Assembly: GCA_963674945.2 (NCBI GenBank)
Contig: CAXXWQ010000003.1
Span: 1,504,001-1,568,000, forward strand
Length of the DNA: 64,000 nt
Source of the DNA: an uncultured Desulfosarcina sp.
GTDB lineage: Bacteria; Desulfobacterota; Desulfobacteria; Desulfobacterales; Desulfosarcinaceae
Direction: 5' to 3'
Shown here: piece after piece, positions 50,975 through 60,879 of the stretch
Numbering within the stretch: the stretch's first letter is position 1
Layout: each line of letters opens with the position of its first letter
The notes under the pieces: generated by a model
What the model was told of the DNA's origin: nothing
The model's input: the letters and a program-made list of their open reading frames with translations, nothing else
Database searches by the model: none
Made by a program: the position numbers and the translations under genes

Positions 50975-52434
50975 CGCATGGTCAAGCATTATCTGTTTGC
51001 TCTTCGACGCTTCATCAGGCGCTGGTGGAGGCGATGGAACTGGGGTTTGAAGTTGTGGTCACGACACCGGATCAACGGATCATTCCCAATGGCCGGCTGA
51101 CACAAGACGCACGCGACACTTCCCTCCTGGAATTACGGATACCATCCCAATTCACCATCGACCCTGCGACCACCATCGACTGCCTTTTCACAACCATGGA
51201 AAAACCGTTCTTTTTTCAATCCAAAATCACGGAGCAGGCAGGGAGGGATGAGGGATATCGCAGATACCGCATCGTCGTTCCGGAAACAATCGAGGAGTGC
51301 AACCGGAGATCCTACTGCCGGGTCAACCCGGCAATTGATGAACCAGTGTGGCTCCACTTCCACCATGATCGAAAAGGCCCGGTGCGGGTATTGATTGATG
51401 ACATTTGTTTGGGTGGTGTCAGCATCGTCATGCCCGAAAAATTACGCATCGATAATTTTAAAAGCCCCCTGTCCTGTGAAATCCACCTGCCTGATGACGA
51501 AATCCTTGATTTGAAAATATCAGCGTGCAACAGACGCACTTTTTTCGGTGCCGTTATGATTGGCGCCGAAATTGTCTCCATCACAAAAGACAACCGCCTT
51601 CGAATCGAAGCCTATGTCAACCAGCTGATGAAGAAGAAAACAGGGAAAGATGCTGAAAATAGTCGAAGAGATGTCCGGCTTGCGGTAATCGAACATCCCG
51701 ACAGCAAAACGTTGTCACCACTTCTTAAAGATCATTACATCATCAACCGGGCATGGCAGGCGCACAATCTGGCAAAACTTCGTGCCTACCTGCCGGACAT
51801 CGTCGTCGTGGAGATGGATCATCCGGAAGCGATCACCTGCCTGAAAAACATCAAGAACAGTCCCGCTTTGCGTGCGCGGCCGTTGGTCATCGTGGGAGAG
51901 ATGCACAGGGCAATCATGGCCTTCGGCTCCGGTATTCGGTACCTTTCCAAACCGGTCCACCAGCGTTACCTGCAACGGGCCATAGACAATTTGATAAGCA
52001 CTTATCGAGTATCCCGGAGAATCGTTGGACTTCCCACCCGGTGCTGGCAAACGACGACCACTGTCATCATCCATTCGTCCGCGGGAAAAAACAATGATGC
52101 CACGGCGCAGCACCTGCGGCACAACAACATCCAAACCATCGTTATCGAAGACCAGAAACGATTCGTGCCGCAACTGTTACAGAAAGTTCCCCAGTGCATC
52201 ATCCTGGATGCGGACGATGCTGCCAGCGTCGGCACCATCTGCCGCGTTCTATCTCGGAACAGGCTTCTGAAACATACGCCAGTCATCCTTTTGACGGAAC
52301 ACCGAGAATTGGGAGAGCAGTTTACCAAGAAAAATATGGTTACTGGATTTATAGAAAAGTCATATTCTCCCGACATTCTCGTTTCGGCCGTCTATTGTGC
52401 CATTACAATGAAACGAGCTGCTCTCGATTCTTGA
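50971..52434 (+). CDS. PilZ-domain protein followed by two degenerate receiver-like domains
   Basis: NRRSYCRV (RxxxR) and DICLGG (DxSxxG variant); REC-like segments PDIVVVEM..YLSKP and PQCIILD..FIEKS. Confidence 0.65.
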   Translation: MTHGQALSVCSSTLHQALVEAMELGFEVVVTTPDQRIIPNGRLTQDARDTSLLELRIPSQFTIDPATTIDCLFTTMEKPFFFQSKITEQAGRDEGYRRYRIVVPETIEECNRRSYCRVNPAIDEPVWLHFHHDRKGPVRVLIDDICLGGVSIVMPEKLRIDNFKSPLSCEIHLPDDEILDLKISACNRRTFFGAVMIGAEIVSITKDNRLRIEAYVNQLMKKKTGKDAENSRRDVRLAVIEHPDSKTLSPLLKDHYIINRAWQAHNLAKLRAYLPDIVVVEMDHPEAITCLKNIKNSPALRARPLVIVGEMHRAIMAFGSGIRYLSKPVHQRYLQRAIDNLISTYRVSRRIVGLPTRCWQTTTTVIIHSSAGKNNDATAQHLRHNNIQTIVIEDQKRFVPQLLQKVPQCIILDADDAASVGTICRVLSRNRLLKHTPVILLTEHRELGEQFTKKNMVTGFIEKSYSPDILVSAVYCAITMKRAALDS

Positions 52435-52504
52435 GATACTCACCATGGTGGTCTCTGACACGGAAGATCTTCTGACGACGACAGGTTGTCGCCCTGCCGG
52501 CACT

Positions 52505-53527
52505 TCACATCGTCGGTTCCACGACCCGTACTTCTCGTTCCAGTAAAATACCGTATTTTTGTTCAACGGATTGCCTGATTTTTTCTGAAAACGACAGGAT
52601 TTCCCGGCCGGTGGCCTGTCCCCGGTTGACCAATACCAGAGCCTGCCGGTCATGGACAGCGACTCGGCCCACCTGCTTTCCCTTCCAGCCGCAACGATCG
52701 ATCAACCACCCGGCCGCCAGCTTGAAACGGCCATCGGAAAGGGGGTAATGGGGAAGGTCCGGATTATTTTTTACCAACCGTTCCATCTTTTGTTTTTCCA
52801 CGATGGGATTTTTGAAAAAGCTGCCGGCATTGCCGATAACGGCAGGGTCGGGCAGTTTTTGTTTCCGGATGTCGATGATGGCCCTTCGAACGCTTTTCAG
52901 GCAAGGGTCGCCCAAGGCCTGCACCTTCTCTGCCACACCGGGATAATCGAGAACGAATCGGGGATTCTTTCGAAGTAGAAAAACAACCGCCGTAATGAGG
53001 AAACGATCGCAACCCTCTTTTTTAAAACGGCTGGTCCGGTACCCGAAACCGCACTCCTGACCGGAAAACACGGCCCTTTTGCCAGTGGGGACGTCGATGG
53101 TCTCGACACGTTGGATCACCGACCGGACCTCCACGCCGTAAGCTCCGATATTTTGCACGACGCTTGCCCCCACGGTCCCCGGAATGTAGGACAGATTTTC
53201 GATGCCACCCCACCGGTTGTTCACGGCAAAGGCAACCAGTTCATCCCATTTTTCTCCGGCCATTGCCTTGACCGACAGGTGCGAAGCACCTTCTTCGACG
53301 ATGGAAATGCCCTTTAGTGCCGGATGAAAAACCGTACCGGGAAAGTCTCCCGTGAACAAAAAATTGCTTCCACCTCCCAGGATCAGGTACGTCGCCTCCG
53401 CCAAAGGGGGCCGGCGCAAATACTCGAAGATCTCCTTCTCGGCATCAAAACGAACATAGTGCCGGGCGGCAACATCGATTCCGAAAGTGTTCAAATTCTT
53501 CAGTGGATAACGGTCTTTTCTCTCCAT
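52505..53527 (-). CDS. murB: UDP-N-acetylenolpyruvoylglucosamine reductase
   Basis: NTFGI, LGGGSNFLF, IPGTVGA..QNIGAYG, GYRTSRFK, GNAGSFFKNP, QALVLVN, LEREV. Confidence 0.96.
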   Translation of the reverse strand: MERKDRYPLKNLNTFGIDVAARHYVRFDAEKEIFEYLRRPPLAEATYLILGGGSNFLFTGDFPGTVFHPALKGISIVEEGASHLSVKAMAGEKWDELVAFAVNNRWGGIENLSYIPGTVGASVVQNIGAYGVEVRSVIQRVETIDVPTGKRAVFSGQECGFGYRTSRFKKEGCDRFLITAVVFLLRKNPRFVLDYPGVAEKVQALGDPCLKSVRRAIIDIRKQKLPDPAVIGNAGSFFKNPIVEKQKMERLVKNNPDLPHYPLSDGRFKLAAGWLIDRCGWKGKQVGRVAVHDRQALVLVNRGQATGREILSFSEKIRQSVEQKYGILLEREVRVVEPTM

Positions 53528-53679
53528 TTGGTCAACTCTGTATGTGTAAAGGCCAATACATTTTTAGCAGATTGAACGGCGACTCACAACATGGTAAAAG
53601 AAAAGAATGGGTCCTGTCCGAGAAAACCCTGCTACCGGTCGCCGGTTACCGCCCTTCCACTTTTTGAATGTACCGTCGA

Positions 53680-55671
53680 CTATCGATCCAACGCACTGCG
53701 CACCGCATTCGCAAAGTCCTCCAACTGAATCGGCTTAGAAAGGTATTCTCGAATCCCCATGGATTTGGCCTCATTTTCAGTAATTCGGGTAGTGAACCCG
53801 GAACAAAGAATAACCGGAAGATCCGGACGAATTTTAAACAATTCACGCGCCAGGGCATCGCCAGGAAGTTTCGGCATGGTCACATCCGAGATCACCAGAT
53901 CGCATTGGTTCGGGTTTTCCTTGAACCGCCGGAGTGCTTCCAGGCTGTCCGATTCGACATGCACTTGATACCCCAACGTTTCGAGCATTTTCCGTTCGAT
54001 GACACCAATTACCTTTTCATCGTCTACGATCAGGATTCTCTCGGTTCCCCGTGGCAGGGCAACCGAGGAGGACTGGGGTTGCTCAGGCCGTCCATCATCG
54101 TCGACTCTGGGGAAAAACAGATCGAAACGGGCTCCATAGCCGGGCTCACTTTGAACCGTGATGGCACCTTTGTAATTTCTGACGATTCCCATCACGACGG
54201 CAAGGCCGAGACCGGTACCCTCTTCCGGATTTTTGGTAGAAAAATAGGGGTCGAAAATACGTTCCATAATTTCCGGGTCCATCCCATGGCCTGTATCGCT
54301 GACGGTCAACCGCAAATAGGCACCAGGATTCAGCGTGCTGTCCATAAAAGAAGCCGTGTCATCAAGATCGACGTTTTTCAACTTCAGTTTCAATGTTCCG
54401 CCGGTATCGCGCATGGCATGGGCCGCATTCGTCGCCAGGTTCATCACGATTTGGTGGATCTGGGCAGGATCGGCCAATGTCATTCCTGCATTTTTTTCGA
54501 TCTCATGAACCATGTCAATGGTTGTCGGAAGTGTTGCCCGTAACATTTTGATGACGTCTTTTACGATAAGGCTGATACGCAGCGGTCGCTTTTCCAGTTC
54601 CCCCTGGCGGCTGATGGTCAAAATCTGCTGCACCAGATCGGCGGCGCGATGGCCTGCCTCTTTGACTTGGAACATGTGTCTGGTATCCTGCTGACGCTCG
54701 GAAGCCTCCATTATGGCCAATTCGGTGCTACCGAGAATAACGCTTAGAATATTGTTGAAATCGTGGGCGATGCCAGCGGCCAGGGTGCCAATGGCCTCGA
54801 TTCTTTGAACATGGCGCAACTGCTTTTCCAGCGCCTCTTTTTCAACCATCGCCGCCTTTTGGACGCTCAGGTCGAAAAAACTCAATAGCAGACACTCTTT
54901 TCCGTTGAAATGGATGCGAGTACTCGTTGTTAAGATCGGCACTTCCACTCCGCTGTGGGTTTTCAGAATATGTTCGGATGAATCCGTACCCTGATCCAAA
55001 TCCAGTTCACGGCCGCCATTCGGTTTCTCAGGATCCAGAATATCATGGTATAGACAACCGTTGATCGCTTCGGCAACGACGCCAACAATTTCAGCGGTTT
55101 TGGGATTGGTATAGACAATACGCGCCGTAGCAATATCCACGATAATGATACCGGCCCGGATGTTGTCAAGAATCGATCGGAATTGCTTTTCGTTTCTCCG
55201 CAGATTTTCCGTGGTCCGATGTAATTCCGAGGTGCGTTCGGCCACCATCTGTTCCAGGTGGTCCTGGTACCGGCGGTTTTCCTCCTTCAGTCGCGCCTTC
55301 TCAAATGCCATATCCACGGAATGGGCAAGCACGGATAAATCCTTGACGGGTTTGAGAATATAGTCCCATGCCCCCTGGTGAAGGGCCTCCACTGCATCGG
55401 AAATCACACCGGTTCCGGAAACGACAATCAGCGGGGTGGCTGGACTTTTTTTCGTGATATGGGCCAACACTTCCAGACCGTCCATTTTCGGCATTCTGAG
55501 ATCCACCAGCACCAGATCGGCACGTTCTCGATCGAACATGTCGACACCGACCCGGCCGTTTTCCGCCGTAAGAACCCGGTACCCCATGTCTTCCAGATAG
55601 TCGGCGAAACTTTGACGGATCGCCTCTTCATCGTCGATGATCAGAATGGTTTTTCCCTCGATGTCCACCAT
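53680..55671 (-). CDS. Hybrid response regulator/kinase (REC-PAS-HisKA-HATPase-REC)
   Basis: N-terminal REC (IDDE, DLRMP, GAWDYILKP), [17 protein letters not shown]-terminal REC. Confidence 0.93.
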   Translation of the reverse strand: MVDIEGKTILIIDDEEAIRQSFADYLEDMGYRVLTAENGRVGVDMFDRERADLVLVDLRMPKMDGLEVLAHITKKSPATPLIVVSGTGVISDAVEALHQGAWDYILKPVKDLSVLAHSVDMAFEKARLKEENRRYQDHLEQMVAERTSELHRTTENLRRNEKQFRSILDNIRAGIIIVDIATARIVYTNPKTAEIVGVVAEAINGCLYHDILDPEKPNGGRELDLDQGTDSSEHILKTHSGVEVPILTTSTRIHFNGKECLLLSFFDLSVQKAAMVEKEALEKQLRHVQRIEAIGTLAAGIAHDFNNILSVILGSTELAIMEASERQQDTRHMFQVKEAGHRAADLVQQILTISRQGELEKRPLRISLIVKDVIKMLRATLPTTIDMVHEIEKNAGMTLADPAQIHQIVMNLATNAAHAMRDTGGTLKLKLKNVDLDDTASFMDSTLNPGAYLRLTVSDTGHGMDPEIMERIFDPYFSTKNPEEGTGLGLAVVMGIVRNYKGAITVQSEPGYGARFDLFFPRVDDDGRPEQPQSSSVALPRGTERILIVDDEKVIGVIERKMLETLGYQVHVESDSLEALRRFKENPNQCDLVISDVTMPKLPGDALARELFKIRPDLPVILCSGFTTRITENEAKSMGIREYLSKPIQLEDFANAVRSALDR

Positions 55672-55695
55672 AGAAAACTCGCTTTGTTTTCGGTT

Positions 55696-58269
55696 TCATG
55701 AATGGATTTTTTCTACTGCCGGTCCTTCCAACGGCAGGCGAATGATAAATTTCGTTCCTGTACCGGGGCTTGATTCCACGGACATCTCTCCACGATGATT
55801 TTCAGTGATGATAAAATAGGAAACGCTCAGGCCGAGACCGGTGCCCACGCCAATTGGTTTGGTGGTGAAAAATGGCTCGAAGATCCGCTTACGGGTCGCC
55901 TCATCCATTCCCGGCCCGTTGTCCTCGATTTCCATGGTGGCCATATGTCGATCCGCTTCGTGCCGGGTTCGGTAAATGAAGCGAGGCGATTCGGTCCCGG
56001 CAGCCTGCATGGCCTGTGCCCCATTGCGCAGAATATTGAGAATCACCTGCTGAATTTTGGCGCCCTCGCAGGACACCCCGTGCGCGTTTTGGGCGTACTC
56101 CCGCCGAATCTCGATTTGTTTGAAGTCGTACTGCTTTTTTAAATCGTAATCCGTGGCCGCCAGCTCCGTCGTTTTGTCGAGAAGATCCTCAAGAAAATGA
56201 GAGGAGATCGTGGCATCACCCTTTCTGGCAAAGCTCAGCATGTTGTCCACGATGGCCGCCACCCGTCTGCCCGAAGCCGTGATGGCATCGAGCATTCTCG
56301 GTATTCCCCTGGCCGCCATATACGTTTCAATGGCCGCCATTGTCGTGCCGGCGGCTTCTGCGGCCTTCCGGTTGGCCGGAACATCAAAATCTTGCCCTAA
56401 CCGGATGCCCATCACTTCGGCCGTCTGCATCATGCCGGCCAGGGGATTGTTGATCTCGTGGGCCATGCCGGCGGCAAGTCCACCCACGGACAGCATCTTC
56501 TCGCCCTGGATCATCATCTCTTCCAGGCGTACCTGTTCCGTGACATCGTCCACCCGGATCACGGCCCCCTCCACCCCGTTGGCCACCAGAGGGAAGATGG
56601 TAACGTCTTCGAAGCGGGTCTCCTGCTTTTTTTTTCTCGGAACTTTGGGAGAGCTGATCACCCGGCGCTCCCGGATAGCCGTTTTGATGCGTTCCATCTC
56701 ATCGCCCAGGCGCGGAAATACCTCTGTCAACGGCTGGAACCGGGCCTTTTCGGGGCTCAATCCCGTCGCCTGCGCAGCCCGGTGATTCCACTGGGTCACA
56801 TTGCCGTCGCGATCCACCGCAACGAGCAAAGACGGCATGGAGTCGATGATGTTGGAAAGGTAGCTGCGCAATCGGTGCAACTCCTCTTCGTTCTCCTTGC
56901 GCAGCGTGATATCGGCGAGAAAGCCGTAAAAGGCAATCCTGTCGCCGATTTTTCGCTGCAGGGACCGGCCCTCGAACCAGATCGTTTCTCCCGAGGGTCT
57001 GATGAATTGCCCTTCATAGTTCCAGGGGAGCAGCGTTTCGGCGACATCCTTTACGGAAGTGCGGAAACGCGTACGGTCTTTTTCCGGAAGACAGGCGGAA
57101 AACCGGTTGAAGAAGTCCCCCAATTCGGCGTCCAGGCCGAAGATCTCGATTATCTTCTCCCGCACGATACTGGTAAATATACCGGATTGGAGATCATTCG
57201 GCTCCGCAATGAACTGGTACACCACGCCGGGAACATTGCCGATAAGGTCTTTCAATCGCTCTTCACTTTCCAGTAAATTTCCCTGTGCTTTTTTTATTTC
57301 CTCGACATACCGAATGATATCATGCCCCAGTATGGCGCCCAATACGCTCAAAGTGCACAAAATAGCGATCAGCAGAGCCCAGCTTAAATTTCGGTTCAGT
57401 GTGTTGGCGCGGGATATTTCGGAACTGATTACCGTGGAAAACGCTTCGCAATGATTGAGCAGCTCGCCGCCGACAACCACCAGATCCTTGTTGATGAAAT
57501 CCAGTTTGGAAAAATGTTGCACGATCCTTTGTTCGTATTGGACGAGTTCGGACAGCTTTTTCTCGAGCGAACCGATGACCCGATCAATATCCGGCTCATT
57601 GCCCATCAGCACATTCAGATAATGCAGTTGGGCCTTATGCTTTTCCATTGCCCCGGCAATCACTTCCTTTTTCTTCCGATATCCGGAAAGATCCCAATCC
57701 AGAAAAAGCTCGGTCAATATGAGCTGTTGTTGAATGTGAAGGGCCATCAGATCGTAAGCGGTTTCCTTGATTCGGGTTTTTATGGGATCGATGCTCCGGC
57801 CCTCGTATATTTTCAATCCCTCCTCTTTTCGATAGGGGGTGATGATGCGATCCTGAATTTCCGTGGAGAAGGACAGGCCGATACGTTGTACTCTATTTTT
57901 TTCTTTGTTCAATCCTAGAGCAGGATCATGGATACGGGAAAGGAGATGGTCATATTCTGCGATCTTTTCCGTAAGGGTTTTCAGATATTGTTTCCATTGT
58001 CCGTCGCGTGGGGGGGCATCTGCCAGGCTGCGTTGAAAAAAATCAATATGATTCGTTATTTTCTTCCAGGCATCCGGATCGCCGCTTTGGATAAAATCGC
58101 GGCGCAAAAGGCGTATATTCTCCACTTTTTCCGTCAACTGCCGAATCCCGAACAGGAGGTGTTGGTTGTCCCGGGTTTTTTGGGTAAAGTAGTGGCCGAG
58201 AAGTGAACTTAACAGGCAGGCGCCGACCCCCAGAACAACGATAAAAACCACTTTCTTATTTGTGTTCAT
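55696..58269 (-). CDS. Membrane sensor kinase (TM-helical periplasmic domain-TM-PAS-PAS-HisKA-HATPase)
   Basis: Two TM segments, [35 protein letters not shown]. Confidence 0.92.
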   Translation of the reverse strand: MNTNKKVVFIVVLGVGACLLSSLLGHYFTQKTRDNQHLLFGIRQLTEKVENIRLLRRDFIQSGDPDAWKKITNHIDFFQRSLADAPPRDGQWKQYLKTLTEKIAEYDHLLSRIHDPALGLNKEKNRVQRIGLSFSTEIQDRIITPYRKEEGLKIYEGRSIDPIKTRIKETAYDLMALHIQQQLILTELFLDWDLSGYRKKKEVIAGAMEKHKAQLHYLNVLMGNEPDIDRVIGSLEKKLSELVQYEQRIVQHFSKLDFINKDLVVVGGELLNHCEAFSTVISSEISRANTLNRNLSWALLIAILCTLSVLGAILGHDIIRYVEEIKKAQGNLLESEERLKDLIGNVPGVVYQFIAEPNDLQSGIFTSIVREKIIEIFGLDAELGDFFNRFSACLPEKDRTRFRTSVKDVAETLLPWNYEGQFIRPSGETIWFEGRSLQRKIGDRIAFYGFLADITLRKENEEELHRLRSYLSNIIDSMPSLLVAVDRDGNVTQWNHRAAQATGLSPEKARFQPLTEVFPRLGDEMERIKTAIRERRVISSPKVPRKKKQETRFEDVTIFPLVANGVEGAVIRVDDVTEQVRLEEMMIQGEKMLSVGGLAAGMAHEINNPLAGMMQTAEVMGIRLGQDFDVPANRKAAEAAGTTMAAIETYMAARGIPRMLDAITASGRRVAAIVDNMLSFARKGDATISSHFLEDLLDKTTELAATDYDLKKQYDFKQIEIRREYAQNAHGVSCEGAKIQQVILNILRNGAQAMQAAGTESPRFIYRTRHEADRHMATMEIEDNGPGMDEATRKRIFEPFFTTKPIGVGTGLGLSVSYFIITENHRGEMSVESSPGTGTKFIIRLPLEGPAVEKIHS

Positions 58270-58328
58270 CAATCCGCCTCTTCACTTGCTGCGCGCCAAT
58301 CCATCCCGACCCGTTGTTAATCGTTACC

Positions 58329-59826
58329 CAATGTCGTTAACTTAACCGATCGGCTTGTACTGAGGAAAATATATGCGCGGTTTCGCTTTGTGTTTGCGCG
58401 GATATTTTCTCCCCGGCCTAATCGGTTCAACGGTTCTTTGAAAAATATATTGCAAATCGGCGATCAATCGTTTGATCATCCTTTTCGTATCGAGAAACAG
58501 CAAGACGATCACACCTTTACTTTTTGACAGCGCCTGGGTGAAATTGATCTGGTATCGGTGTTTTTTATCCACAATGTCATTGTCCATCTGGTCTTGGACA
58601 GGAAAAGCCATCATCCAGACCAGGTTTTTGGCGAAAATCTTTGCGTGAAAGTCTTGATACACAGACAGCGCAGATTGGCCAGAAAAGTTTTCCAGTTCCA
58701 TCCGGCATTTGATGATTTTGTAATCCTCTTCCACTGGCCATCTTTTGTGGTAAAGATCGCTAAACAGTTCGATTGGATATGTTCCCTTGTCAATCAGCGA
58801 AGTCATTAGCACGGCAACCTTCCCATCGTTTTCAATGCGGATCAGACGAAGTTTTAAAGGGGTTGTGTCCAACCCCATCTGTTTGCATTGGGAAACGGAG
58901 GTAGGATGAACAGGCACGGTAACAATCTTTTCCGATAGCCCGGAATGAAAAAACTTACGAACGACTTTCCATTTCGTACAAGACACGCGGGCACAGAAGT
59001 TGGCCTCCATGGAAAGGATCAGGTTAAAAAGCCACCATGCCGGGTACCCCCTATCGAGAAGGATCAAATCCTTGGGCATGACGTTTAGCATGTGTTGCGC
59101 CGCCAGTTCGCGTTCACCGATACGTTTGGGCTTGATAAGGGCATCGACGGTCATTTTGTTGAGGACATCGAAAAGCTGAGAAACCCTTGCCATGGGAGAT
59201 GGCGCACCCTGACGAACGTTCCAAACGCCAAAATGCTGGGCGACATCATCCGTCACCGGCAATTTTGTTGTAGAACCGTCAATGGCCAGCAACCGGAACC
59301 CGAACCACAACTTGGGACGAAAATGCTTTTCAAAATAGATGATTAACTGTAAATTCAATTCAACAAAGGCTTCATACTTGAGCTTCATTCGCGCTTTTGT
59401 TAAAGCTGCTTTCGATACGACCCGTCTTGCCACATCGAAGCGGCATAATGTCTTGAAGAATCTATCCAGTTCGTCCTGGTATGAACCTTTGACAAGGTTG
59501 ATGAGAAAAACGATCAAGACATGAAACGGAAGTTTTCTATTCCGTGTGAAATCGTTCTTGTTTTTTCTGTGGCGAGCGATGAAGTCAGGAGAGGAGATAA
59601 TTTCTCTTATAAATTCAATTGTTTTGGCACATACATTGAAAATCAGGTTTCGTGCCAAAGTTACCAAATTTCTCGCTAATTTTCGACATGGTATGCTCCT
59701 TTTGATTATATAACTGGCTGTTATTATTGAAAGTGAGTATACCATGTCGATCCACCTAATACAACATAATTTGCAATATATTTGATATGTTATGCCGTTT
59801 AACTGCTTCTTAAGTTAATGGCATTG
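58329..59826 (-). mobile_element. IS4-family insertion sequence, 1498 bp
   Basis: 17-bp TIRs CAATGTCGTTAACTTAA / CAATGCCATTAACTTAA (15/17); 10-bp TSD AATCGTTACC at 58319-58328 and 59827-59836. Confidence 0.93.
58342..59745 (-). CDS. IS4-family DDE transposase (true start may be downstream of 59745)
   Basis: FTRNRKLPF, AIDGS, LLDRGY, YHKRWPVEEDYK (YREK motif). Confidence 0.92.
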   Translation of the reverse strand: MVYSLSIITASYIIKRSIPCRKLARNLVTLARNLIFNVCAKTIEFIREIISSPDFIARHRKNKNDFTRNRKLPFHVLIVFLINLVKGSYQDELDRFFKTLCRFDVARRVVSKAALTKARMKLKYEAFVELNLQLIIYFEKHFRPKLWFGFRLLAIDGSTTKLPVTDDVAQHFGVWNVRQGAPSPMARVSQLFDVLNKMTVDALIKPKRIGERELAAQHMLNVMPKDLILLDRGYPAWWLFNLILSMEANFCARVSCTKWKVVRKFFHSGLSEKIVTVPVHPTSVSQCKQMGLDTTPLKLRLIRIENDGKVAVLMTSLIDKGTYPIELFSDLYHKRWPVEEDYKIIKCRMELENFSGQSALSVYQDFHAKIFAKNLVWMMAFPVQDQMDNDIVDKKHRYQINFTQALSKSKGVIVLLFLDTKRMIKRLIADLQYIFQRTVEPIRPGRKYPRKHKAKPRIYFPQYKPIG

Positions 59827-60739
59827 AATCGTTACCTTCATAGCGTTCGGCTCGTTTACGGATGACCTCCTCTTCCGGCAGCCAAGTCTTTTCGGCCGGA
59901 ATTTCGATCACCGATGCAATAATCGCCACCGGGTAATCGGGAAGATACGTCAGACGGCCGAAAAAGGAGGGGCAGTTCATCTGGCCGTCAACGGCCCGGA
60001 TAACGCTTTCTCCCCGAAGCCCGGTAAAGGTCAATCCCCTGAGTGCCCCGGCAACGGCTGCCGGTTGGCCGGCAATGACTTTTTGTATAGCGGCTTCATA
60101 GTCCTTGTCGCCCAACGGATGCCAGCATTCTGCGGTCCAGGTGATGGGTGAGCCGATCTCTTCAAAATATTGTTTGAAAAATCCCATGATGCCCCTTCCC
60201 CAGGCATAATCCGGACCGATCCAGGCATAGCGTTTCCAGGGCATCAAGGAGGGGAAAATGCTGAATCCCAGGGATTCCATGCGGGAATTGGGTTCGAACA
60301 GGCATACATACGGATGGCCGTTTTCCACTACAATGGATTGGGAGTTGCCGATGGATACCAGGTAGGGGATCTTCAGCTCCTTGCAAGCTGCCGAAGCCTT
60401 TATTACACATGGACTCGATGCTCCGCCGAATACGGCGACGACGTTTTCTTCCCGTGCAAGCGCAACGACATGACGGTAATGCAGGGCCGGATCGTTAGCG
60501 CCATCCCGGTGCACGAGTTGAACCGGATTGCCGAGAACACCTCCCTGTGAATTGATTTCGTCGACTGCGAATTGTGCAACGTTGAACGCATTTTTCGTAT
60601 AGGCTTGGGATACGGAAGAGAAATCGCCGACAAAACCGATTTTGATCGGACTGCCTTCACCCCAGGCCGCCGACTTCACGGAGAAAACCGCAACGAAAAG
60701 CAGTAAAAGCAAGTTCAGGGAAGTGGTATGCTGTTTCAT
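59810..60739 (-). CDS. Branched-chain-amino-acid-type (LivJ-like) periplasmic binding protein; probably internally deleted, with the C-terminus altered by IS4
   Basis: Signal peptide, PIKIG, EINSQGGVLG, DYAWG; only 309 aa with an abrupt IAGQP/AAVAGAL junction; final SMPLT* is encoded by the IS TIR. Confidence 0.7.
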   Translation of the reverse strand: MKQHTTSLNLLLLLFVAVFSVKSAAWGEGSPIKIGFVGDFSSVSQAYTKNAFNVAQFAVDEINSQGGVLGNPVQLVHRDGANDPALHYRHVVALAREENVVAVFGGASSPCVIKASAACKELKIPYLVSIGNSQSIVVENGHPYVCLFEPNSRMESLGFSIFPSLMPWKRYAWIGPDYAWGRGIMGFFKQYFEEIGSPITWTAECWHPLGDKDYEAAIQKVIAGQPAAVAGALRGLTFTGLRGESVIRAVDGQMNCPSFFGRLTYLPDYPVAIIASVIEIPAEKTWLPEEEVIRKRAERYEGNDSMPLT

Positions 60740-60860
60740 CGGTTCACCCCTTGTTTGTTTTCTTCTATCGGCAGGTGCCGATACGGAACTTCGCCCCTGC
60801 GCCGGTCCGGGATTCCACCGTCATTTCGCCGTGATGGTTTTCGGTGACAAAAAAGTACGA
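60740..60860 (-). pseudogene. Relic of a histidine kinase 3' end
   Basis: Translates as SYFFVTENHHGEMTVESRTGAGAKFRI then frameshifts; compare [27 protein letters not shown] in the two neighbouring kinases. Confidence 0.7.
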
Positions 60861-60879
60861 CCGGTTACCAACCTCATCC

